A stretch of 24,327 bases of DNA, taken from an uncultured Fibrobacterales bacterium (GTDB taxonomy: Bacteria > Fibrobacterota > Fibrobacteria > Fibrobacterales > CAWVXU01). Of this stretch, positions 17,270-24,327 are shown piece after piece (positions within the stretch are counted from its first letter, which is position 1; the number at the start of each line of letters is the position of its first letter). The translations under genes were made by a program, and so were the position numbers. Below the pieces are notes generated by a model, which saw nothing but the letters and a program-made list of their open reading frames with translations, did not search any database and had not been told where the DNA came from. The stretch spans positions 1-24,327 of the forward strand of contig CAWVXU010000036.1 in the NCBI GenBank assembly GCA_963934255.1, in the 5' to 3' direction.

Positions 17270-18568
17270 TTGAACCCTGACCCCCATTTTATAGCCATAT
17301 TTATCTTTACGGCTATTGGATTTATTTTGACATTGGCTAAATCACAATTCAGCCTGATTGCTAAGCAACATGAAGAAAACTCTGAGCTAAGACCGATTGA
17401 AACTAAAATCATAGCAATTTGGGAGCTGGGGCACTTTTTTGATATAATCGCATTTGCTCGGCTGTCAGTTCACATTGGGGTTACTTTATCCCTCATCAAA
17501 ATTTGGCCACAACTTTTTGCTGATAGTACGGGTCTGATTCACTTAGCCCTTTACTGGTCAATCCTCAGTATTGGGTTTTTCTTGGTGAGTTTCCTCACCC
17601 CTAACATCCTAGGTCACCTCAAACCAAACAGTCTTTCAGTATTTACCTATTACTCATTCTTCCCAATCTACATTGCTTTTTGGCTTCCTGGTTTTGTGAC
17701 TCACAAAATTTACTGGGCCATTTTAAATTCATATAATTACAAAGAACAGTTTAGTTTCCTCAATGAGCAAGAACAAAAAGAACTTGAAGGTGATGTTAAA
17801 AGTAACGAAGAAAGTTTACTTGAAGACAATGAACGTGAAATGATTCGAAATATTTTTGAATTTGCTGATCGTCTTGTGCAAGAAGTCATGACTCCGCGAG
17901 TTGAAATAATTGCTCTGAATGTAAATGCACCCTTAGCTCAAGTCATCCGAGTCCTGAATCAAGAAAAACCTACAAGAATCCCTGTCTATGATACTTCTGT
18001 GGATAACATTATCGGCGTTCTCTACTCAAAAGATTTTTTAGAATGGATAACTCAGAACTCAAAGTCCAGCCGTTTTAACCTCAAATCATTAATCAGACCG
18101 GTCTTTTTTGTGACTAAGTCAAAAGAAATTGATGATCTGATGTCCGAGTTTCGCTTGACCAAAAACCACATGGCAATTGTTCTTGATGAGTTTGGTGGAA
18201 CCGCAGGGCTTATTACTCTTGAGGATATCTTAGAAGAAATCGTCGGTGAAATATATGATGAAGAAGATGTGGATGAAAAGATCATTGAGAAAGTCAAAGA
18301 GGGCACTTACCTAGTTGACCCAATTATATCAATAAATGACCTTGAAAAAGAGCTGGATATTGAAATTCCACAAAAAGAGGCGCATGACGTTGAGACTCTG
18401 AATGGACTCTTGCAATCAACACTTCAAGAGATGCCTCGAAGAGGCCTTAGAGTTTGGATTGAGCCAATGGACATCAGAGTACTTAAGGTAAATCAACGTA
18501 AGGTTACTAAATTATTGGTGACTATCACTAGCCAGACACATGATTCTAAAATTAACGGAAAACCATAG
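17270..18568 (+). CDS. Hemolysin-family / CorC-TlyC protein (CNNM TM domain, CBS pair, CorC_HlyC domain)
   Basis: Hydrophobic N-terminal region, EREMIRNIFEF, EVMTPR, RIPVY, HMAIVLDEFGGTAGLITLEDILEEIVGEIYDE. TTG start with AAGGA SD. Lies next to ybeY, as is common for this family. Confidence 0.92.
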   Translation: MNPDPHFIAIFIFTAIGFILTLAKSQFSLIAKQHEENSELRPIETKIIAIWELGHFFDIIAFARLSVHIGVTLSLIKIWPQLFADSTGLIHLALYWSILSIGFFLVSFLTPNILGHLKPNSLSVFTYYSFFPIYIAFWLPGFVTHKIYWAILNSYNYKEQFSFLNEQEQKELEGDVKSNEESLLEDNEREMIRNIFEFADRLVQEVMTPRVEIIALNVNAPLAQVIRVLNQEKPTRIPVYDTSVDNIIGVLYSKDFLEWITQNSKSSRFNLKSLIRPVFFVTKSKEIDDLMSEFRLTKNHMAIVLDEFGGTAGLITLEDILEEIVGEIYDEEDVDEKIIEKVKEGTYLVDPIISINDLEKELDIEIPQKEAHDVETLNGLLQSTLQEMPRRGLRVWIEPMDIRVLKVNQRKVTKLLVTITSQTHDSKINGKP

Positions 18569-18626
18569 CTTTAAACTTCACATCAATCGCCGTTTAGGTC
18601 CCACTGTTTTTTTAATTGAGACTTCT

Positions 18627-19922
18627 TTATAGGCATGTCCCGAGTTGATATGGGTTAGCAAAAAACTGGTTAATTTCCTTTAAGAATATCAAATCTTTTG
18701 CAAAGCACCAGGAGCTTGGATCCTCTCCTTGATTCCAACTTCCAGGACCAATCTGAATTGATTTACCCACCGCATGTGGCCAATAGTTGAGGCTATCTAT
18801 AGATGTTTCATAACTCAATGAGTCTAACAAATTATCCTGACATAGCAATAAAAGATCTTGACGAGTATTAGTTAGGCTAAATGTACCTAAAGAATAATCC
18901 TTAGACAAAATTGAATCTCCACCTAAAACCAAAAAAGAACCCGGACTCAAATGGACAGAGTCTAAGTAGACAACTGAACTCAAAGCACTACTTGCCCTAG
19001 ACTTAGTCAATCGACAAGAATCTAATATCAAAGTATCAAGCGTCGTATTCATTATTTCGACAAACTCAAAATCAGATCCAGTTGAAGTCGGTTGAATCAT
19101 CAACTCACTCAAAATAACATCCTTCAAATTAACCCCTAATCGCTTGGCACTCATGCCGAGTGTAAGCTTTGAATTAACTTGAGTATCATCACTTAACTCA
19201 ATAGATAATTTGCCTGGAATCACAAGCGAGCTCAACTCATAACTCATGAGCGCCATATCTGCAGAATCAATTCTTAAGGAATCTGTTTGATGATATAAAG
19301 TGTCGCCTGCTATATTCCACAAAATAAATTCAACTTCATATGCTGTCATAATAGGAATAGGACCCATTTCAAAATAAGGAGGGTAAGAATTAAGCTTGAG
19401 ACTCTCAACCCATGTAGTAATTGAGTCATGAAGCTTCATCTCACCACCTGCTATTTGCATGGGATTTGCTAGCCCAATGGGGATTTCAATATGAATCATT
19501 TTAAATTGAGGCCTCATCACAAGTGTTTGTTGGAAAATTGAATTTTCTTCCACATCAAATAACGCCGCTCCCAAATAGCGCAGAGAATCTTGCGAATACA
19601 ATTCTACTTGAACCCATTGGCTTAAGCCCGGCGATAGCAAGGGTAGTTGGATTTCACCACTGGCGTAAACCTCTCCCCACTCCACCAACTTTGGTCCATT
19701 CCAAATGACATGAATAGAGTCAACAGATACAGTCAAAAATAAATTTTCTTGAAAATCTAATGAGAGCGTTGAGGTTTTGTAGGAATAATCATGAGGCTCA
19801 GTTGTTTGGCTACAAGCGCCTATGGCAATTAGGCAGAATGTAAAAAGGGTCATTCCAATTAATTGAAGCTGAGTGGAAGATGAAAAATTTTGTTTGAATT
19901 GTAGTTGATTGGAATTTTGCAT
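18627..19922 (-). CDS. Putative lipoprotein with C-terminal lamin-tail domain (LTD)
   Basis: Hydrophobic stretch and lipobox-like IGAC (C37). VILSELMIQP...EFVEIMN...L matches the LTD pattern; ends G.SI...W...ANP. Confidence 0.7.
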   Translation of the reverse strand: MQNSNQLQFKQNFSSSTQLQLIGMTLFTFCLIAIGACSQTTEPHDYSYKTSTLSLDFQENLFLTVSVDSIHVIWNGPKLVEWGEVYASGEIQLPLLSPGLSQWVQVELYSQDSLRYLGAALFDVEENSIFQQTLVMRPQFKMIHIEIPIGLANPMQIAGGEMKLHDSITTWVESLKLNSYPPYFEMGPIPIMTAYEVEFILWNIAGDTLYHQTDSLRIDSADMALMSYELSSLVIPGKLSIELSDDTQVNSKLTLGMSAKRLGVNLKDVILSELMIQPTSTGSDFEFVEIMNTTLDTLILDSCRLTKSRASSALSSVVYLDSVHLSPGSFLVLGGDSILSKDYSLGTFSLTNTRQDLLLLCQDNLLDSLSYETSIDSLNYWPHAVGKSIQIGPGSWNQGEDPSSWCFAKDLIFLKEINQFFANPYQLGTCL

Positions 19923-20012
19923 TGAATACTCGCGAATTGAATCTTTTAACTAAGACGCTTAAGCTCATACAAATGTTTTATTGATCTTTTAAAAATCATT
20001 TAAAATTGTTAA

Positions 20013-20049
20013 GAAACCAAAGAAAGCCACCTCAAAAGAGATGGCTTTC
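20013..20049 (-). terminator. Intrinsic terminator of the phosphohexomutase gene
   Basis: Minus strand GAAAGCCATCTC-TTTT-GAGGTGGCTTTC (one G:U pair) followed by TTTGGTTTC, about 20 nt after the stop. Confidence 0.75.
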
Positions 20050-20070
20050 ATTAAAATGAAACATTAATGA

Positions 20071-21678
20071 CTAAGCAGTTTGATCAAAGAGATCTTGCGC
20101 CGCTTCGAACATAGCAGCTTTCTCAGATTCCACTCGACACTCAGTGTATATGCGGACCTTCGGCTCAGTACCCGATGGACGAACTAACATCCACGATGCA
20201 TCTTCAAATATAATTTTGACGCCATCCAAAGTAAGAACTTCGCTTACCGTTTTATTAGCAACACCTACTTTAACAAGAGTACCTGGCTTGGCAATGTTCT
20301 CAAGAGCGTTGACTCTTTTTACTAATGGAGCACCTACAAGTGATTTATCTACTTCAAACCCTGAACGCTCAGGGAAATACGCACCATATTCGGCACGAAG
20401 TTCAGCCAAATATTCACCAAGACGTTTACCTGTGACCGCCATCATTTCTAATGAGAGTAATAAGCCAAAGCTTGCATCTTTCTCAATCGTGTTGTTAAAA
20501 CCCGAAATTCCATCGCTTTCTTCAAATGCAATCAGAGCCATTGGGTCGGCGCCTTTGACTAAGAAAGGTCGGAAGTTTTTGAATCCAACAGCTGTTTCTT
20601 CAATCTCAACATTGAGTCCTGCTGCAATAGCATTGACGAAATTAGAGGTAGCCACTGATTTGGCTACTACACCTTTGAGCTTTTTATGAACCACCATGAA
20701 ATGAAAAGACATCGCCCCAAACATGTTCATATCAATTTCTTCAACACCATCAAAGAATCTAATACGATCACCATCTGGATCAAAAATTGCACCGAGCTTC
20801 AACGGGCTCTTTGTTTTAGCAATAGCTTCTTTCACCCCAACGAAGTTTTTTGAAGACGGTTCTGGAGCAATTCCACCAAACAAAACATTGTCATCTGTTC
20901 GTAAGGTAACTAGCTCAGTTGCACCTTTTAACAAGCGGTCAGATCGACCACGCGTAGCTCCATGAACATGATCAGTCACGATAGCAACTTGACCGGACTT
21001 AACAAAATCGGAAATTTTAGCAAGATCTAAAGTTCCACGATTTTTAATAAATTTTTCGTAAGCGCCGAGAATGTCAAAACGTTCAACACCTGAGAAGCCT
21101 AATTCTTGATACTTGTATGTGGCCATTTTGTCATTGGCTAAATTGGTAATCACAGTTGTGATTTCAGAGCCAGCAGGACCGCCATCTTTAGGGTTAAACT
21201 TCAGCCCACTGTAATTAGCAGGATTATGTGATGGCGTAATATTAAGAGCAGCGGCCGCACCTAAGGCATCGATGGCTGCTGAAAACTCAGGAGTCGTCGC
21301 TTCACCAGCATAATAGACTTTGACACCGGCCTCAAGAAATACGCCTGCAATTGCATTGGCAAACTCAGGGCCCATCATACGATTATCATGACCTAAGACC
21401 AAACCATCTTTGGCAAGCTCTTCAAATCCTGAAACGCCCAGATGAACTAGAAGATCTGCATCTGCGTTTTTGTACATATCAATGATAGCCGCTGCGACTA
21501 CCTGTACATTGCGAAGAGTGAACTCAGTCCCGAGCTCTCCACGCCAACCACTTGTTCCGAAAGCCACAGTTGTGCCTTCTTTTGAGTGAGTCGCAATTTG
21601 ACGAATTGTTTTCAATTCCTCATCACTTGCTCCCTCTTTTAAAATTTTTTGCCAAAGTTGTTCTGAATTTACAGTCAT
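20071..21678 (-). CDS. Phosphoglucomutase/phosphomannomutase (alpha-D-phosphohexomutase)
   Basis: FGTSGWRG, TPSHNP (phospho-Ser), DPDGDR, FEES and RPSGTEP. Start revised to ATG 21678 (AAGGAG at 21685-21690); the track's longer start would overlap dapA. Confidence 0.95.
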   Translation of the reverse strand: MTVNSEQLWQKILKEGASDEELKTIRQIATHSKEGTTVAFGTSGWRGELGTEFTLRNVQVVAAAIIDMYKNADADLLVHLGVSGFEELAKDGLVLGHDNRMMGPEFANAIAGVFLEAGVKVYYAGEATTPEFSAAIDALGAAAALNITPSHNPANYSGLKFNPKDGGPAGSEITTVITNLANDKMATYKYQELGFSGVERFDILGAYEKFIKNRGTLDLAKISDFVKSGQVAIVTDHVHGATRGRSDRLLKGATELVTLRTDDNVLFGGIAPEPSSKNFVGVKEAIAKTKSPLKLGAIFDPDGDRIRFFDGVEEIDMNMFGAMSFHFMVVHKKLKGVVAKSVATSNFVNAIAAGLNVEIEETAVGFKNFRPFLVKGADPMALIAFEESDGISGFNNTIEKDASFGLLLSLEMMAVTGKRLGEYLAELRAEYGAYFPERSGFEVDKSLVGAPLVKRVNALENIAKPGTLVKVGVANKTVSEVLTLDGVKIIFEDASWMLVRPSGTEPKVRIYTECRVESEKAAMFEAAQDLFDQTA

Positions 21679-21746
21679 TGGTATCTCCTTATGATCAATC
21701 AAAATTAGTACCTTTGTGGGAAAATGACCATTAAAAAGGGAATTCC

Positions 21747-22703
21747 ATGTCAACGAGTCTATCAAATGCCTTGCACGGCGTTCATACAGCCTTATTTACA
21801 CCACTTTTAAGTGATGATTCAAAGAATCTCAACAACTCGATTGACTATATCAAGTTGGAGCAAATGATTGAAGCATTGATCAAAAAAGGTGTTCACGGAA
21901 TGGTTCCTGTGGGTACAACAGGTCAATCAGCAACTCTATCTCATCAACAGCACCTTGACGTAGTTAAATTCACACTTGAAAAAGTTGCCGGACGTGCGCA
22001 GATAATTGCTGGTGCTGGTTCAAATTGTACTCGTGAGTCGGTTGAAATGATTAAAAAAATTCAAGCGATTGCTGATGTGCCTGTTCTATGTGTCACGGGC
22101 TATTATAACAATCCCACTCCCAATGGCATATTCAATCATTTCAAGACTCTGGCTGATGAAACTGGAGCTAAAATAGTTCTTTATAATGTTCCTAGTAGAA
22201 CGAATAATTACATGACTCCCGAGATTATTATTGAACTTGCTAAAATCCCCAATATTATTGGTTTAAAACAAGCTGTTGACTTCCAAGAAGGTGGCGAGCA
22301 TCGCGCAGATACTTTGACTATTATTGCTGGAACTAGAGATGAAGACTTTGCTGTACTTTCTGGTGAAGATGACTCCCTAGCTGAGATGATTAAAATTGGT
22401 GGGTCTGGAATTATTAGCGCAACTGCTAATATCCCTGAAGCCGCCGAGATTTTCATCTCAACTTATCAATCAGCCACCTCTGGTGATTTAGTGACTGCTG
22501 CGACTCAACAAGCATCACTTGCCGACTTTGTCAGCGCAGCCTTTTCTCGCAAAAATCCTATCCCAATGGGAACTTTCTTTAATTCTCCACTCTACCAGCC
22601 ACTTTGTAAAGTAGAAGATACAGAAGGTGGTGCAAAGCTTGAGGCTCATCTTCAAGAGTTAATTAAACAGTCGGCACCTAGTCTGCTTAAATATTATAAA
22701 TAG
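21747..22703 (+). CDS. dapA: 4-hydroxy-tetrahydrodipicolinate synthase (DapA family)
   Basis: TALFTP, GTTGQS, IAGAGSN, YNVPSRT, Schiff-base Lys in GLKQA, SGED, G.ISA.AN and NPIP. Confidence 0.88.
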   Translation: MSTSLSNALHGVHTALFTPLLSDDSKNLNNSIDYIKLEQMIEALIKKGVHGMVPVGTTGQSATLSHQQHLDVVKFTLEKVAGRAQIIAGAGSNCTRESVEMIKKIQAIADVPVLCVTGYYNNPTPNGIFNHFKTLADETGAKIVLYNVPSRTNNYMTPEIIIELAKIPNIIGLKQAVDFQEGGEHRADTLTIIAGTRDEDFAVLSGEDDSLAEMIKIGGSGIISATANIPEAAEIFISTYQSATSGDLVTAATQQASLADFVSAAFSRKNPIPMGTFFNSPLYQPLCKVEDTEGGAKLEAHLQELIKQSAPSLLKYYK

Positions 22704-22740
22704 AGTACTCTTGTGATTTAAGGGCAGATGCATAGAATTG

Positions 22741-22770
22741 AAAAGCAGCTATTGTAGCTGCTTTTTTATT
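22741..22770. terminator. Bidirectional intrinsic terminator
   Basis: AAAAGCAGCTA-TTG-TAGCTGCTTTTTT between convergent dapA and the FliS-like gene. Confidence 0.85.
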
Positions 22771-23139
22771 TTAGGGATTTTGAGTTGCTTGTTCAATCCC
22801 AGCCACTGCCTTGAGAGTTTGATGATATTCATCAAGAATCTGCGTGGCCCGAACTAAGTCTGTGTGATTACCATGGTCAATAGCATCCCAAATAACAGCT
22901 AGTGCTTTATATATTTCAGCTGAATCAGGGCGCTTAATATTAAGTGCACGCTGTAATTGATAAATGATATTTTGAGCTTGTCTTTGCTCATCTGCATAGA
23001 AATTATTGAGGTCTTTCATCAAGATAAGGGCCTTAGCACAAAGCATGATATGAGATTGAATAGCTCCCGAAGTTAAGATACGAGTCTTTTGGTATTCAGC
23101 AGCTCCTTCTTCAGTTTGTTTTTTCCTTGGCATCCTCAC
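22771..23139 (-). CDS. Divergent FliS-like flagellin export chaperone
   Basis: AAEYQKTRILTS...IML...AL...AQNIIYQLQRALN...DLVRATQIL follows the FliS pattern AY..V.TA...MLY..A...A..II.EL..SL. Right size (122 aa) and directly downstream of the flagellin. GGAG 7 nt before GTG; ATG 23133 is an alternative start. Confidence 0.65.
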   Translation of the reverse strand: MRMPRKKQTEEGAAEYQKTRILTSGAIQSHIMLCAKALILMKDLNNFYADEQRQAQNIIYQLQRALNIKRPDSAEIYKALAVIWDAIDHGNHTDLVRATQILDEYHQTLKAVAGIEQATQNP

Positions 23140-23177
23140 AAGATAGCTCCAACATCTAAATAATTTGAATCGCTCTT

Positions 23178-23186
23178 ATTATATCA
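23178..23186 (-). promoter_or_regulatory. Extended -10 sigma-70-type promoter for the FliS-like gene
   Basis: Perfect TGnTATAAT (TGATATAAT) on the minus strand between the flagellin terminator and the SD. Confidence 0.55.
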
Positions 23187-23198
23187 ATAATGACACCC

Positions 23199-23225
23199 AA
23201 AAACAAAAAAGGCTCAAAGAGCCTT
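23199..23225 (-). terminator. Intrinsic terminator of the flagellin gene
   Basis: Minus strand AAGGCTC-TTT-GAGCCTT followed by TTTTGTTTTT, 40 nt after the stop. Confidence 0.75.
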
Positions 23226-23265
23226 CATTGCATTGTTTAATCACAAGGGTTCATTGCTTGATTTA

Positions 23266-24078
23266 TTAACTTAACATCGCGGCTAAATTGGCTTTGTTAA
23301 TTTGATTAAAGTTCCCTAAAGAAGTGATGGAGCTTTGAGAGAGGATATTCCCTCGAGCAAGATCCATAGCTCCTTGTGCATAATCAAGGTCTTCAGCCAT
23401 ACTTAAGGCTGAGGTCGTAGCAATGTTCTGGTTTTCGACGTTGTTTTGAGCAGAAGTGAGCGCGTTCATCTCAACTCCAATATTTACTCGAGAAGACGTC
23501 AACTCCTCGAGTTCGGATCTTGTTGAACCAATAGCGGAATTTGCTCCATCAATTGTTGAAATATCTCCAGATGTTAGACCTGAATAATCAATTTCCCCTA
23601 GAGTGCGTGAATCATCAGCCCCTGGACCATCATGTATTTGTCCAGTTCCATCAGACATCGCGCTTTTACCATTGGTCATACTTTGGCCATTAAATTGAGT
23701 GGCTTCAGAAATTCGAATGATTTCTTCATTGAGTGCTTGATACTCAGAATTAAGTGCTTCACGATCAGAGTCCCTGAGTGTCCCATTGGCAGATTGAATC
23801 GCAAGCTCACCTTGACGTTGCTTCATCGATGAAATCTCGTTACCAGCACCTTCTGCAACCCTAAGAGCACTCAGTGCATCTCCAATATTAGAGCTCGATT
23901 GTTTATAACCACGTGTTTGTGATTCAAGCTCTTTAGCCATAGCCATCATGGCAGCATCATCCGATGCGCGGTTAATTTTCTTGCCTGTAGCTAACTGCTC
24001 GTATATCTTAGAAAGGAACTTATTGTTCTTTTGCACAGATTGGGCGCTGCTTAGCATCCCAGCTTTTTGAATTTGCAT
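23266..24078 (-). CDS. Short, divergent flagellin (270 aa; D0/D1 only)
   Basis: LATGKKINRASDDAA, VAEGA, ELAIQSANGT..D.DREAL..E, TQFNG and the C-terminal R..IG...N.L...D.DYA...IL.Q pattern. Start revised to ATG 24078 (AAGGAGG at 24085-24091). Confidence 0.9.
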   Translation of the reverse strand: MQIQKAGMLSSAQSVQKNNKFLSKIYEQLATGKKINRASDDAAMMAMAKELESQTRGYKQSSSNIGDALSALRVAEGAGNEISSMKQRQGELAIQSANGTLRDSDREALNSEYQALNEEIIRISEATQFNGQSMTNGKSAMSDGTGQIHDGPGADDSRTLGEIDYSGLTSGDISTIDGANSAIGSTRSELEELTSSRVNIGVEMNALTSAQNNVENQNIATTSALSMAEDLDYAQGAMDLARGNILSQSSITSLGNFNQINKANLAAMLS

Positions 24079-24151
24079 ATTAAACCTCCTTGGAAGTATA
24101 AACTTGATTGTGATTTTGGCGTAAATCACAGATACAACTTCCTCTATTCTA

Positions 24152-24178
24152 TTATCGGCATATTTCAGGGAAACTTAA
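24152..24178 (-). promoter_or_regulatory. Sigma-28 (FliA/SigD) promoter
   Basis: Minus strand TTAAGTTT-N11-GCCGATAA versus consensus TAAAGTTT-N11-GCCGATAA (15/16 match), upstream of the flagellin. Confidence 0.9.
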
Positions 24179-24327
24179 AGATAAAAATGAAGTTTTTCTT
24201 TAAGTATGGGGTTTTTTGGGTTTTTATAGCTTTTGGACGCCTTTTAAGCTAAAATGGGAATGTAGATTATAATCTAGAAGCGAGTTATTTGTGAGATTTG
24301 TTAAAACAAAATTTGATGATGCAGAGC

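Noticed and set aside
20144..20689. Long antisense ORFs (also 4436-4798, 15874-16344, 18052-18306, 22208-22456 and other short track ORFs)
   Set aside because: They are shadows of well-supported genes, with no motifs or start signals.
21679..21765. 29-aa N-terminal extension of the phosphohexomutase in the ORF track
   Set aside because: It would overlap dapA head-to-head. ATG 21678 has an AAGGAG SD.
24079..24129. 17-aa N-terminal extension of the flagellin
   Set aside because: The SD AAGGAGG directly precedes ATG 24078; the extension is 5' UTR.
24109..24130. TGTGA...TCACA as a CRP site
   Set aside because: The spacer is 12 nt rather than 6, and it lies downstream of the predicted TSS. An RNA hairpin explains it better.
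24067..24327. 61-aa + strand ORF and possible gene start at the right edge
   Set aside because: The ORF overlaps the flagellin promoter and leader antisense and has no recognisable features. The edge sequence is too short to call.

Overview
AT-rich bacterial chromosomal segment with dense, mostly housekeeping and envelope content. I see no rRNA, tRNA, CRISPR array, integrase or transposase. The short region-1.1-less sigma-70 (KFISYAVWW), the TTGQS-type DapA and the FecR/Ig and lamin-tail envelope proteins resemble Fibrobacterota (FCB group) proteins as I recall them; this is an inference, not a search result. Left to right: a minus-strand coupled operon (degenerate rhomboid-TPR, GT4 glycosyltransferase, UPF0104 flippase-like protein, SAM methyltransferase running off the edge); a sigma-70 factor; a Cys/Met PLP enzyme divergent from a YqgE / TM-type tRNase Z-like / B12 radical SAM operon; a minus-strand operon (FecR-Ig protein, 1479-aa beta-helix plus putative beta-barrel surface protein with a 12-bp VNTR, small NqrM-like 4-Cys membrane protein); a hypothetical-ybeY-CorC/TlyC cluster; a lamin-tail lipoprotein; a phosphohexomutase divergent from dapA; and a divergent short flagellin with a near-perfect sigma-28 promoter followed by a FliS-like gene. 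The best candidates for undescribed systems are the FecR / giant beta-helix-barrel / 4-Cys operon and the pseudo-rhomboid / glycosylation operon.
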